This document shows positions 25,728 through 39,279 of a stretch of DNA of 64,000 nt, one piece after another. Position numbers and translations under genes: made by a program. The notes under the pieces were generated by a model that saw nothing but the letters and a program-made list of their open reading frames with translations, was not told where the DNA came from and ran no database searches. Position 1 is the first letter of the stretch. Each line of letters begins with the position of its first letter. This DNA comes from Microthyrium microscopicum (Eukaryota): contig MU004237.1 in the NCBI GenBank assembly GCA_010405405.1, positions 782,191-846,190 of the forward strand. The letters run 5' to 3'.

Positions 25728-28700
25728 TCATACCTTGTTGCATGGATACCCATCGTAGATATCTTTCCTGCCTTTCCAATTCTTGCGGAGCTCTGGCTCA
25801 GTGCAAACTGGAATATTTACAGCTCCGGGTGCTCTTGACATATCACCAATCAATATCATGTCGTACATACTATCAAAGGTAGCCTGGTCGCTCAGATCGA
25901 GTCTATCGTCCCTCTTCCTATTTCCCCATATAAGTTTTCCGCGAACAGCACTAAAACTTATTGTTAGTCACTATGGATAACAAAGGTATTGGACAAACCT
26001 TTCCCCAAGACCTTGGACGGTTATACCAGCCCAGTCTTGGCCTTTCAGTTGATTAATCCCAGGTACCGTAGACAGTGAATTGGCCTTCCAGTTTGATGAA
26101 GGCCGATTTCCTCGACCATCTGGTGCGGTCCTATGAAGAATTTCAGCTTCGCCATCAGGACTGACCAGGTAGTACAGTTTATTATCCACACAAATCTTTC
26201 CGCTTTCAGCGACGCTTGGTAAGAGGGATCTGTAGTTTCCTGTTCCTATAGCATCGCAACTTTTCGTGGTGTCAAGAATGACTGGGGTGACTTCACGTAT
26301 CCTCCAAGCGGCCGGAATGAAAACAGTGTACATGGTTTTTTTGACAACACCTTCAGCATCCATTTTAGGCTGTTTTCTCCCTTGTGGTAGCATTTGTCCC
26401 AATTTGATCAGACCAGTGAGATATTGTATACTAGCGGCATCTCCAGAGAATGTTGCTTGAGATATACTTTCGACCATAGTTTTCCATTCATCGGTCAAGG
26501 ATCCAAGGACTTTATCCATAGCTTCTTTTTTAGTGGCGACAGCTCCTCTATCAGACGGTTAGCGCAACAGTCGATTTATAGAATAATCCAAGCTAACCCT
26601 GTTTTCAATGTCTCTTTGACGGTCCCTATTGAAAAGGAAAGCACGTCTTTCGTGGAGTCCTTCAAATTCGCATGTAGCAAGGGGTTTTTTTGAAAAAACT
26701 TAAGATTCTTAAGATCTAACCCGTCATTATTAGCAGATAAATGGCTCAACGAATGATTCAAGCTTACAGCCATTGAACGCTGCGGCTCCTCCCATGGTGA
26801 GGCCCATTTGAAGTAAACCTAAAAGTATTTGTAAAGTTGGATCTTGTGGTTTTTCTGGGGCAAATGTCGTTACGAAATTGGCAAACGTTTTCGAAACACT
26901 ATTGCTAGCATCGTTGATGGCATCGAAATAGTTCTGATATAACTATCGAGTATCCCTTGGTTAGCATATGCCGCTCTACAAGGTCGCCGGCGACTTGATC
27001 TTACATCTTGGAGCACTTACGTTGTTGATGCCAACGAAACTATTGATTATCAGATGTCCAGCAGGTCCAGTATCTTTACCTTGCATACACTTTTCCGGTG
27101 ATTGACAGCCATTCACTCCTAACGGCCCACAGCCCCTACCATCAGTACCGTGGAAGAAATTCGCCACATAGTTAGGAAAGTCAAGCTGTCTGGCATTCCG
27201 GTTTGTTGTGACTTGCGAATTCGTCCAGTTTTGGACGACAGCCGCCCAGGCAGCGTTTGCTTTAAGCCAATCCCAGCGATCTAGAGGATTGTCGTCTGTT
27301 GTAGTCGCGCCTTTACTCTCACAGTCTAGCTGCTTCCAGCTTTCGTCCATCTTCTGAGACTGGAGCAGGTCGGCAAGACTTCCTGATTGTTTTTGGCCAC
27401 CAAGCGAGAAACCGTCTCCGTTGCGAGGCAGGGAACTGTCGTCCCCTGGTAAGAATGTATTAAGGTCTATGGCCCACTCGGTCGTCCCACCGAGGTTTAG
27501 GGATTTGAAAAAGTCGCTGCGCTTCTTTTTATTATCCTCGTCCAGAAAAGACACCCAGTTGGTCTCGTCATAAACCAATACGTTATCGACGGCGTCGGTA
27601 GCCCAGGTTTTTGCTGTTGGGTTATTCTTGATGATCTCGTTTATTTCGGCTAATGAGATATACTCTGGGACCTGCGTACATCGGCCAGGCTTAGCTGTTG
27701 ATTGTGGTCCATGAAACTTGCATGTCGGCCCATAGCAGCCTCGAGTCGTCAAACCGAACTGCCGCCCGTAACTGGCAATACCTCCAATGAGCTTGTACGT
27801 TGGGACCCCGGCCTTTGTTATCATACCGAGGGCTGCGATAGTCTCAGTCATATTGACATGCGATCTCAAGCAATCACCTCCAGGGCATCCGGGTGAAGTG
27901 TGCTGATTGCCCCAATCCCACTGGCCATGTAGGTCATAAGTCATGTAGATGATATAATCGACTACCTTTGCCATCTCTTCAATCGAAAAGGCCTTGAGAT
28001 ACCAATGCGAAGCTGGAGCAGCGATAGACAGGGATCTACTAGAAAGCTGCTGTCGAAGCAATTTCAGTAACTCTAGATAATCTGGACCATTGCTAAGATC
28101 AGCAGCAGGAATTCCTGGGATATCTGGAGCTCCAGGATACTCCCAGTCAATATCGATTCCGTCAAGGTCGTGCTGCTTGACAAAATTGGCCAGATTTGTG
28201 GCTAATCGCTGCCTGTTCTGTGGTTTCACTCCTTCGCGATAAATGTTGAAAGTGGTGGGCGATGTTGAGGCTGCCCATCCCCCGAAAGCAATTATACGCT
28301 TGGTCCGTTTCATGGCAACGAATTTCTTGAAGGAATTCTGAACCTTTTCCGGTATTGATACCTCAAAGTCTGAGGTGATATCCGCGAATGCAAAATGGAT
28401 ATGGGTATACGAGTCATCAATTTGACTGACCTCCATTCGTAGACACGGACGGTCCTGGTTCCAGGCTTCGAAATATCCTATCTTCTTGAAGTCCTTGGGC
28501 CTAGTATCCATGTTCCTTATCCCTGAGCCGCAGTTGGAAATGCAACTGTTCTTTCCAGGTTTTGCACTGCCTGGTGGTCCATCGAGATTGGGAATACAGA
28601 AATCGTCAGTGGTACCGCATTGCCCCCAAATGTTGCAACAACTCTTTATCGGACAAGGGTTCATGTCTGCTAGTTTACCTCCTCTGGGAACACTCGGGGT

Positions 28701-30041
28701 TCCAGGTTTTTGTGGACCACAGACGGCATTTGGGATAGGATTAGGCATAGGCGGGTCTCCCGGACTGAGACATATTTTGACATCAGGGAAGACGGCTTCA
28801 CAGCCGCTCCAGCCCCACGTGTTTCGGTTGAAGTTTTCAATGTCCTGGACGCTAATGCCATTTGCTCCAGCAATCAGAGAACAATACTCGCCAGATTTTA
28901 TGGCATAAGAAGCACAGGAGCCATCAGCATGTTGCCTAGGGCGAATATCTGGCAATGATCCCGACGAACAACAAACAGATTGGCCTGGCTGTAAAGTCGA
29001 GCAAGTCCTTGGATCCGAGTTGAATTCTGTGAATTGGGCAGGTGCAATACCACATCTGTTTGCAAGAGCTGCGCAACCATCTCCAGAGACGACTTGGATA
29101 GTTCGGCATTCGTTTTGTGACTGCATTGAAAGTGAAGAGTTTGAAGATACGAGGGTCCAATTGGACGCTGTACGGTCGTAATGAATGTTTGACGGCTCTT
29201 TGATAGACAGGTCTTGCAGGACATTGTTCAACCACATAGTCGTATTTTGGACTGATTGTGGCTCGCTAAAGCTGGGCATGCATGTTGCATTCGACCAAGC
29301 TTGTAAAGCTCTTTGAACAGCTGAAAGTGCTTTGATACCAGAGCTTGTATCACCTATGATTCCCAAAATCTGGTCAGAATTGCGGCCTTGTCCACAGACT
29401 TGTACTATGCGGCTTTTGGAAAATCCTTTTTCTAAAACATGGCTGATATATTGTTGTACCAGTGTAGAGGCGGTGGCTTGCTTATCGTAATCTTTGCCAA
29501 TATACAATCCAACCACAGAATCTCCATAGTGAGCTTGGAAAAAGGCGCTTTCTAGAGTAGTGTCGTTCAAAAGTGATGCTTGAATCTCTCTTGCTGCTGT
29601 CACAATTTGTTCTGGAACTACTTCCGAGGTTGTAGTCGACGATGAAATCTTCAGGTCCATGATGTGCGGGATGGCTTTCGCAAACCTGTTAACAGAAGAA
29701 TACGAAACGTTGGCGCTTGTATCGTCAAAGGTAAAAAGTTCTTCTCCCGACTCAAAACCTAGTGCCTCTCCTCGAAAGGTTGTACATGCTCGAACGATCT
29801 TGTGCCCATGGACTTTGTCCAGTGGTGTGTGGATAGCATAGTCCAGTAGCTTTGGTCTTTCGTTGCAAGACAAGAGGCGATCCATATCGTAATATAGAGT
29901 CCAGTTATTCGGCTTGTTGCCAGTTTGATCGCAAAGAGCTGGGCAAGGATCCCAAAGATCACTTGTGAATCCTGTTGCCAGAAACGGCAAGACGAGAATG
30001 CCAAATAAATAGCAAGAGTTTGGCAACCATGGCTTACTCAT
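25728..30041 (-). CDS. Subgroup C (killer-toxin alpha-like) GH18 chitinase: signal peptide, 2 LysM, CBM18, GH18 and long intron-containing C-terminal extension
   Basis: Hydrophobic N-terminus; LysM (VVSGDGCAALANRCGI, IKSGEYCSLIA); CBM18 CPIKSCCNIWGQCGTTDDFC; catalytic DGIDIDWEYP; MTYDLHGQWD. Further exons are traceable through GT-AG introns to a stop at 25728-25730 (...APGAVNIPVC...YPCNKV). Confidence 0.92.
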
Positions 30042-31346
30042 GATTTGGGTAGGAAGCCAACGGCCTAAGCGTAGACAAAAGTCCGAAAATAGTTAAGATA
30101 AGATATCTTAGTCTGACGATAGCCTCGATTGCAAATAATCAAAAACTTAGAATTCATTTCTCGCAACGTCCACTGCCATTTATACATGGCTAAGTAGTTT
30201 ATCAGTACGGATGATATATTCTCATCCAAGGTCTAAACTTCCAGACGCAATCAATACAGATTCGAAGGATTTGAGCTCAACAACACCTTATCCTATTTGG
30301 AAAGCTTCACCGGGGAGTGCTAATTAGCTTGACCTTGGAAAAATGACCCACTAGCAGTGCAGATGGACTACTACTGATGGAGGACAGTGTCGGTAACTTT
30401 TGGAAACCGCTGTCTTTCTCAAACCGACAGATGGTGTCAAACTCTGTCAGATCAATCGAAATGTCACTGAGATTTGGCTCGAGGTGTGCTAATCTGAGAG
30501 CTTTCGGTTTTCTTGAGCTCATGAGCAAATTCGCTTCGCAAGACGGATCGGTACTCTCGAATTCAATTTGGTAATCGGACTAAATTAGATTTTCGATTCG
30601 CCAATCCATCTGTAAAAATATTGTGATTGGTTTGCGTCAAGGGACCTGTTACATTTCCAACGGGTAAGTACAATAACACTTGAATGAAAACTTAGGACTA
30701 GTTCGCCCACGTGTGACAGATAATTGGTACCCAGGTATCTCTGGAGGACTGACGGGAATTGGATATATATATCTAACGATAATGCGGCGAAGCCTCGCTG
30801 TGCAACACTGAATCCGGCGAGCTTTTTGGGCGGCACAGTAAAATTATATGAGCTCGAGGAATATGCTCATATAAACTTGGAAGACAACATTATGGTGATA
30901 ATCAATAGCGCGACTTCAATAGAAACCTAGCAATCACCGTAATGCCGACAAAGTTCTCTGTAGTTACTTAGTAGCGAATAGGGGCGAATAGGAGCGAAAA
31001 GAATATGTGTTTCACCGTCTTGAAGTTCTCAAGTTCGTTGTAATCCAGCCGACTTAGTTATGACCCCTGTTCACTTATAGTACCTGATTGGAAGTCGACG
31101 TTTCGAGATGTATATGAGCTATATAAAGCTATGGCGCAGGACAACCTAATATGGGCCTCAGTAAAGCCCTGTCACATTCAATTTCAGCGAGCTTCTATCT
31201 AGATTAGCCCATGATCAGGAAGTGTTGCTCAAAATCACTCTTAACTTTCACCAAAGACGCTGCGAAGTCTCAGATAGCTCAAATATTCAAAAGCCCGCGT
31301 CTCGCTCACATTATTCTGTCTTGAATTCACACGGTCAAAAACATCA

Positions 31347-32222
31347 ATGATGGCGAGACCCAAACTTCATCTGATAGCTCTCATTTTCTTCAGTATCATC
31401 TCCACGATTCTGGCCCAAAACGATACGAAAGTCCAACTCGACCTTGTGTTTCCCAAGAACAACTCTGTTTACAAACCAGTGTTTCCATTTCCAGTTGTGT
31501 TTGCAGTTCACAACGCAGCCCTTTCGTGGCCTTACAGGGTACTCTTTTGGTGGGACTTGATAGCTATGGATATCGATGGCCACGAGCCTCTGTTATTACC
31601 TATCATTGCATCTGGAGGCTACGATCCTCATTGGCCTCTTGACAGCCGTACATTCAGCCGTGGTGCAGCACCACCCAGTCCATTCCTTTTGATAAACAGC
31701 ACATCCCAAATGGTCAACACTACTTCTCAGTCTTTCATGCTACAGTACCGTTTTGGCTTATGGAACAACTGTTCGGTCATAAGGAAGGAGATGAAGGATA
31801 ATTATGCGTCCAAAAACAGCATTTATGACATCAGTGGAGAGGTTTACTTCAATGTCAGTAGAGAACATGGCGACACCCCCAACATCAGCAGTGGAGGGAA
31901 ATGTGCGACTCCTCTTGGTGCTATAGGCATCCTGAACAGAACAGCCGATGAAGAGGGCTGGGCATGTCCGGATCTGCAAAGTCCACCGCCAAAGCCAGAC
32001 TCATGTGCCTTCATCGTCAATGACTCTGTGGCGAATGCAGTGGCCACCGCTATGGTCTCAGAGATGGAATGCATGCAGAAAGAGACCTGGCCAAACTTTA
32101 CAGGCATTGTAGGCAAGTGCTTTGGCAAAGAGATGGTTGGCGGTGCCAGCATGATTTTGCCGGCAACGATTACAGCACTGATTATACTCTTGGGCCTTGG
32201 GATACCACTCGTCATATCTTGA
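31347..32222 (+). CDS. Secreted, probably GPI-anchored protein (DUF7136-like)
   Basis: Signal peptide, VQLDLVFPKNNSVYKP..FPVVFAVHN motif, Cys residues, many N-glycosylation sequons and a hydrophobic C-terminus. Confidence 0.75.
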   Translation: MMARPKLHLIALIFFSIISTILAQNDTKVQLDLVFPKNNSVYKPVFPFPVVFAVHNAALSWPYRVLFWWDLIAMDIDGHEPLLLPIIASGGYDPHWPLDSRTFSRGAAPPSPFLLINSTSQMVNTTSQSFMLQYRFGLWNNCSVIRKEMKDNYASKNSIYDISGEVYFNVSREHGDTPNISSGGKCATPLGAIGILNRTADEEGWACPDLQSPPPKPDSCAFIVNDSVANAVATAMVSEMECMQKETWPNFTGIVGKCFGKEMVGGASMILPATITALIILLGLGIPLVIS

Positions 32223-32672
32223 ACGCTGGCCTGTCATCTAGCGTATCATGTCTCCGTCACAAAACCTCAATTCAGATTGCCGTCAACTATCATGACTCCG
32301 TCGCAAAACGTCAATTCAGATTGCCGTCAACAGCTGGCTCAAGACCCAACACTGCTCAGCGGGCTGCGCTTCACGTTTTGTTCTAAGCCCTCTTACTTGT
32401 GTGATGGGCAAGTTGGCGTAACTTCCGAACCAGCGAAGTCTCTGGTATGGCAAAAACTCTCGTCGAACCCTCCGGAGCTTCAGCCGACCAAATCTTCAAA
32501 AGGTCCACTCACTCCGCAGCCAGCACCACTTAAGAGAATATCAGTCTACGCTGATATTCCTCGATGTCCGATAACAGGTCATTATCACTTAGATACCCAA
32601 GCATTTACTCAATACCTTTCATTGCAAGTATCTTCATATCTCGAAGCAGAAACTTATCTTCCAATCTCCCCA

Positions 32673-33651
32673 TCAATGATGTGCCTCGCCCTGCTGCGCA
32701 GCAATCTTATAATCACTCGTCCCCCCCTTCGGATCGCGATCCACAGGCTTACAATTCGGCCTCGCGCCCTGCTTCCCGCGACTCCCATCGACCGGCACAA
32801 GCGAATGCTGACCCCGACTCTTCAACATATTCCTCGCCGCATCCTCCACCCATCCATTAATAAAGTCCCCATGTGCACAATAACTGCTTCCACAAGCCAA
32901 CTTCAACGGCGGCGCACCACTCCATCCATTCGGCATGATGCGCTTCAAATTGTATCGCACACTGTACCGTAATCTTGGCATACGCTTCATGTTGCCAGCG
33001 CAACGGCCTCCCTTACTGTATGCGGATTTTAAGCTCACGGTGTCGACGCAGTCGTGGAAATAGAGGAGGAATTGTAGATTGCTGGAACAGGTATGTGTGG
33101 GAAAGCCGGTGGATTGTTGGTATTCGTTTGCTTTGTCGCCTTCGCAGAACCATTTGGCGCCTGAGCCAGCGGGTACGTCGAACTGGGATTTGCCAGAGGG
33201 ATTGCCGATGACTGCATGGTAGTTTTGGGGGATGGGAATTTCAGCGGCTTCAATGTTTTCGTAGTAGACGCTGAAGAGGGCGGGGGTGATGGGGTGCATT
33301 TCTGTGCCGGCTACGTGGTAGAGGGTTGGTATCCCTAGAGAATTTTGTTAGACCTGATAGGATGGGTTTGGATGGTGGTGTAGTTGTTGATGGTGGTGGG
33401 ACGGACTTACAGTAGGCGGATAGATCGTTGGGGTTCTTGACGGTTGTGCATCCTGCTTGGAGTTCTTTTGATGTTGTTACGTTTTTGGTTATGGCGTCGG
33501 ATCCGAAGAAAGTGTGCATGTGTGATTCGTATTTTCCTGGTGATACGATGGGATCGATGTTCTTCAACATCAATTGTGATACTTGAACATTAGCGTAGCC
33601 ATGGACGACTCCAATGGCAGCAGAGACTGTAAACAAACTTGATAAATGCAT
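32673..33651 (-). CDS. Secreted DUF1996 domain protein
   Basis: Exons 33651-33411 and 33334-32673. Signal peptide, NIDPIVSPG, HMHTFFGS, DLSAYWIP (across the splice junction) and HGDFINGW. Confidence 0.88.
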
Positions 33652-34377
33652 CTTCAACACTACAACTAGGAATTCGCTACGACTGATCTAAGGAGTGTAG
33701 TTAGAATAGGATATGGATCTAGTTATCACTGGCTAGACACAGAATCCCCACAACGGTGCAACCATTATTTGTTATTTTATTGTATCTTGATTAGATTGAA
33801 AGCTTGGCCTGGTGAAAGGTTGTTATAGAAGCCGCTTGTTGTTATTCGTGGATGGAATCGTTGACCGGGTATTTCTTACAGATGGACTGGCCTACCTTCT
33901 GTTTCCGCATAGCTTGTCCTTGCTGTGTGGAGAGTGAATCCACGTATAGAAATCAGTTTCAAGGATTCATAATTGAAGTAAGACTCCTGCGTGGAGATAC
34001 TGGGCTTCTATCCGAAACTGATACTCGGAAATTGGGTGGGATCTGATTAGAGTTAGTATGCTATATTAACAAGGGCCCAGAATACATCAAAATAGCAACT
34101 GACTTGCTTTGGATCTGATTTTGGAGGTCGGGGTCAATATAAATACCTTAGGGTACACTCATTTCGCTTGCTGCCGGACCTTGTTCTGCAAGCTTCTCCA
34201 CTGCTTAAACAACACCCACCAGTTATGTGAGGAGAATAGGCATGACCATTCGATTGATCACCTTAGGCCCGAAAATTTTTCAGTAGGTTCTCGCAGCGGA
34301 GCAGAAGCTGGAGTGCTGTCATCCAATTGGCAGTGACCGGAGTTTTAGCCAACAAGGCATGTCCCAAAAAAGCGGCT

Positions 34378-35234
34378 TCATATTATGGAGAAGGAGAGTT
34401 TGTACATAAAATGTGCGACAACGATGGTCATCAACGCCATTGGCAAAGACTTTGACTGTCTCGCTGAGTTTTCCGGTGGTATTGGAGAGTTCCCATCGTC
34501 CAGATCCGGAACTTTCTGACTCTCCACTGTCGCGATCTGTGTATAAGGAGTTGGTACAACCCAAATGAGATCGAATCGTCCATGCGGATATTCAATCGGC
34601 CCTGTCCAGCCACTTTGGTCCGAGTATCTTGTGATTCCCAGTGCTGCTGCAATATCTCTCATCTGACTATGTTCCCAACAAACAAGAATATTGCCTTTGT
34701 TCTTGGCTACATAGTTCTTGATAGTAGCTGCTGCGCCAGCAGCATCATCACGGTCGATTTTAGAATGTATCTTCACACCTAGGGAGGTGGCGAGTGGTTC
34801 GACTGTTTGATATGGTCGACTTCTGTGTCCATCTTATCGATTGTATCAGCAGAGTCGCTGATATACTTGGACACGTAGAGAATGCTTGTTGTTGAAAAAT
34901 ATGTTGGATATGAGGCGTACCTTTCTTGGGATGTTGCACCATTATGTAACTGATATTGTACTTGCTCGTCTTGCTAAACGTCTGAACTAGGTGCTCAGCC
35001 CTGCTGGTGCCTTCCGCCGATAGACCAGGGCGGTCTTGTCCATCTGCTGTTTTGGGGGGCTTTTCGGCATGACGAATCATGTAAACTATCGGAGCATCCT
35101 TTTGCCTCGTCAATAACTGAACTTGTTTGGTGGGTTTGCTATCAATATACCTTATCTCCCACGATCGGTACTTGACCTGCCCAAAGCGGCTCTATAAGAA
35201 TGAAAGCAAACAGAAGAGAATGGAGACTTCTCAT
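34378..35234 (-). CDS. Secreted histidine phosphatase/phosphoglycerate-mutase-like protein
   Basis: Signal peptide from ATG 35234; VYMIRHAEKP, GLSAEG..RA, NILVCWEH and RFDLIW; hydrophobic C-terminal tail; two introns inferred. Confidence 0.8.
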
Positions 35235-35682
35235 AGTGCCAACTGCTAAGCAATGCTGCGCATGAGGTCAGCACAGAAAAACACCTTGTGATCTTTGAGT
35301 GCGAACAGCCTGCGACATTGGTTATCAAGGCGACATTTTGCGCAACCTTCGCACTGTTTGTGAATGGTCACTTTGTCTGCCAGTTGAGATAGAAAAAGGA
35401 ATGCCCAGTCATACTATGCAATAAACAACGTGTAAAAGCTCTTCATTTCGATAGGCCCAACAAACCCTACGCTTATCTAGCATTGTGGCTAACAGCTATA
35501 GTTGCTGTGGCTAAAATGATAACCGACAGCAAAAGTTCTGAGCCTCTACTTTAATCTAGAGTATGATTAGTGTAAAGCTTGAACTGCATCGCGTTAATCG
35601 TTGGATGTGCCAGTTGACAATCGGGCATTGTCATCTCGCAGCCAAACACGCGTATTGCCATGGATGATTGCTGACATGATGC

Positions 35683-35709
35683 TATGACGGCTCATAACGG
35701 CCTCCCTGG
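35683..35709 (+). repeat. Solo copy of the terminal tip of the large element's TIR
   Basis: TATGACGGCTCATAACGGCC (35683-35702) is identical to 6735-6754. It is followed by TCCCTGG, versus ACCCTAG/ACCTTGG in the two TIRs. Confidence 0.7.
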
Positions 35710-36371
35710 TCGCGACGCAAGCTACCAACACAGTCTCTCCTCGTCCTCTTTACGAGAAAAGCATAATTTCTATTGAGAGAAAGCTAGATCTCGGACCAGC
35801 GAGCCAGTATATAATTCCACATCGTGATTGAGCTTTCTGCGGCCAGCTATGTGCTCCAAAGATCTCGGCGCTTGGTAGTTTTCTGAGCTTACGACCATTC
35901 CGAGGTCTGCCATCCAGTGAACTCGCATCGTGATTGATTCGAATGGAGCAATACGAGAACTTGGAACAAAGAAGATAAAAGGCGGGTGCCGTCGGTAGTT
36001 TGGAGGGCGAAGAGGGAAAGAAAGATCAATGGTTGTGCAAGGAACAGCGCCAAGAGGTTGCATCATAGGGTCCTGTTTGGGCGACCTTGATCTGTGGATC
36101 CAACTTCGTCTCATCCCACAACAACATCAGGAGAGCTTAAGCCATACTCATTGTGACTTATTACAGTCCTGTAAGCATCTGCATACTACAATTGCAACGG
36201 CAACTCTTTTGAGAATCCCTCCATCGCCCTATCCGTAGTCGTCCGACCATCCTAGCGTCCCACGAACCAAGATAACCCTCATGTGTTGAGATCGTTAAAT
36301 AGCCACGAGCGCCCTTACAAGCACTTGAAGAAGAGCATGCCCACCATTGGGTGAGGCAATCTGCCTTCGTG

Positions 36372-38809
36372 ATGAGCAGCTTGCCTCTTCCTATAACCGA
36401 GATGGAGCTCGAGTCGACCAACTCTCAAGATGCGCGTATCGAGGAGCTCTTTCGTGAGCTGGACGTGGATAAGAAAGGCCATATCGACCTAGAGGACCTA
36501 CACAAGGGGTTGAAAAAGATAGATCATCGTATGTCGCGTTTGCTTGCGATTTATATCTAGCTCATTGGGTTCTAGCGATGAAAAATGCCGAGCCGATGAT
36601 AGAGCAGATTCTCAAAAACATCGATGCCAATCACGATGGACGAATATCATTCGAAGGTGATATCTCTCACCTCTAAGCTAGCTGTAGCTAATATCTCGAA
36701 GAGTTCTGCACTTTTGTCAAACATACGGAGACGGAGTTACGCGACCTGTTTCAGACCATCGATCGGAATCGCGACGGCAGATTAGAGAAGGTGGAGCTAC
36801 AAGCAGCTTTTCGTCGAGCGGGACTTACGGTTTCGAATCGCAAATTAGAGGACTTCTTTTCGCGAGTTGATAAAGATCACGATGGATCGGTCTCATTTGA
36901 GGAATGGAGGTGAGTTGCTTTCATTTACTTTGAGACAAATTCAACACCTGCCACTCTGCAAAGTGACAGAGCAACGCCGCTTCCCAGCGTGATAATGCGG
37001 CCAAACATCACAGGAGGTGAAAATAGTGAAGAAGAAACATGTTGTAATGCAATATGCAATTCTTTGATAGCGGGGACTTGGTGTAGGTGCCAGACGAAAA
37101 ATTTGGTACTATTTGGCCAAAAGGGTAGTCGCGACCCAGCCGTACCTTCCACAAAAGGCAGCCTTGAGTCACTGCTACCCTCTTCTAGTACGGATCTCAG
37201 TGAATTTTGGCGCAGACCCAGATCCGGCCTCTTGACCAACTTGGCAGTGAAAAAATCAACCTCTGTCAATTTATTTCATCAGAGTCCTGATCATCTTCTA
37301 CATTTTTAGGGACTTCCTCCTCTTCCTCCCATCCGCACCAAACCTTGAGAACGTCCTCTCTTACTACACAACAACCGTACGAGTCTCATCAGAAGGCGAC
37401 GTTTTTATCAGCGACGACGCTATAGAAGGCCTAGGTACTTTCAAGCGTTTTCTTAAATTTTTCTTCGCCTCCCTCCTACTTGTCAACTACACTCCTGCTC
37501 AAAAGATGCCCAACATCATGTTTCGCCATCCTGTTTATCAATACGGCATGGACGCGATGCGCGCCAGCTCGCCTAGCATCACAGCCGCTGAACCCGTCCA
37601 ATTGCCGCCCATCGACTGGACCTCAATGTCAAGTTTAAAGGCTGAGCTGATGCTGTGTGTTCCTTCAACAGGATACTTTGCGGCTGGCGGACTCGCTGGT
37701 GTTATTTCGCGCTCTGCAACTGCGCCTCTCGATCGCCTGAAAGTATATCTCATCGCACAAATCAGCAATCCTGTCAACGGAATACAGGCAACAAAACACT
37801 TTTCGCCCGCTGGAGCGCTCGCTCATTCAGGTCGGGTATTTTCACATGCCATCAAAGATCTATGGGCGGCCGGTGGCGTTCGAAGTCTATACGCTGGTAA
37901 GTTTAATTTCATGAGTATTGCCGAATTATACTGACATTTTTTAGGAAATGGAATAAATATTGTTAAGGTCATGCCCGAGACATCCATCAAGTTTGGTTTC
38001 TTCGAGGGCACCAAACGCATCTGTGCGAGACTGGAAGGCCACAACAATGAAAAGAAAATCTCTCTCGTGTCGAAACTCATGGCAGGCGGTATTGGCGGCA
38101 TGGCCTCACAGTAAGTGTTGTTTCTGTTATGTTTGACTGGATCTAATTCGCGCAGGTTCTCCGTGTACCCTCTCGATACCTTAAAATTGTAAGTTTTTAT
38201 GATCATAACATAAACCTCTTTGTTCTAACAATATTTAGCCGAATGCAATGCGAGACGGTTTCCGGCGGCCTTCACGGCAACCAGCTCATCTGGGCCACTG
38301 CCAAAAAGATGTGGCTTGCCGGAGGAATTAAACCATTCTACAAAGGCGCCACTGCTGGTCTCGTTGGTGTCTTCCCGTACGCCGCCATCGATCTTGGTAC
38401 CTTCGAATACCTTAAAACGTATCTCACCGAAAAGAAGGCACGCGAATTGGGCATCCATGAAGAAGATGCCGCACCCAAAAATGGCGTAACCGCTGCCATT
38501 GGAGGCTTCGCTGGTGCTCTGGGCGCCAGTCTCGTCTATCCTATCAACCTCATTCGCACCCGTTTACAAACCCAAGGAACTGTCCTGCACCCACGCACCT
38601 ATAACGGCTTCTGGGATGCAGCCTCTGTTACCGTTAAAGGAGAAGGCGCAAAGGGACTCTTCAAGGGACTGACGCCAAACCTAATCAAGGTTGTCCCGGC
38701 CGTATCGATCGTAAGTATTCCATCTTCTACGTACGCGCACCACTGACTTACATTCAAATAGACCTACGTCGTATACGAAAACGCCAAGAAGAACTGGGGC
38801 CTAAAATGA
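36372..38809 (+). CDS. SAL1: Calcium-binding mitochondrial carrier (ATP-Mg/Pi carrier, SCaMC/Sal1 family)
   Basis: N-terminal EF hands (DVDKKGHID, DANHDGRIS, DRNRDGRLE, DKDHDGSVS) followed by carrier repeats (APLDRLK, YPLDTLK, YPINLIR); multiple introns. Confidence 0.9.
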
Positions 38810-39279
38810 TCGGTCTCTCATATCTTGGTCTCCTATGTTCTTCTCATGACTCACATTTTTGCATTGCCATGGCGCCCACGAGATACCCCTTCGGCTTTCA
38901 TGGAATTTTGGAACTTTGCTCATTCACACTGGAATCGTTATTGTTGTTTGTCTCTTTTGTCCCGACTTTTGCATTTGAGTTGCCAGGCTATCACTTCATG
39001 ACGAATAGCACCGGATTTGTGGGCTGTTCAGATAGAAACTTATGATTTGTTCATGCTTCGTCTCCTCATATGTGACATGCATGTCCTACCGTGTGCTTCC
39101 CAAGTACCGTAATCCCCATTTTATACGATTTATGACCAACATCTTAGCCATCCTCCGATATTGCAAGCATATATCAAAATACCAACTCTCATGCCTTCGC
39201 TCATCGCCATCCATATCATCACGGCTTGACCCAGCCCTTCACCAACGCCTATCCAAACAACACCCACCAAGTTCTCCTA

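Noticed and set aside
32277..32972. 231-aa plus-strand ORF
   Set aside because: Overlaps the well-supported DUF1996 gene in antisense and has no recognisable features.
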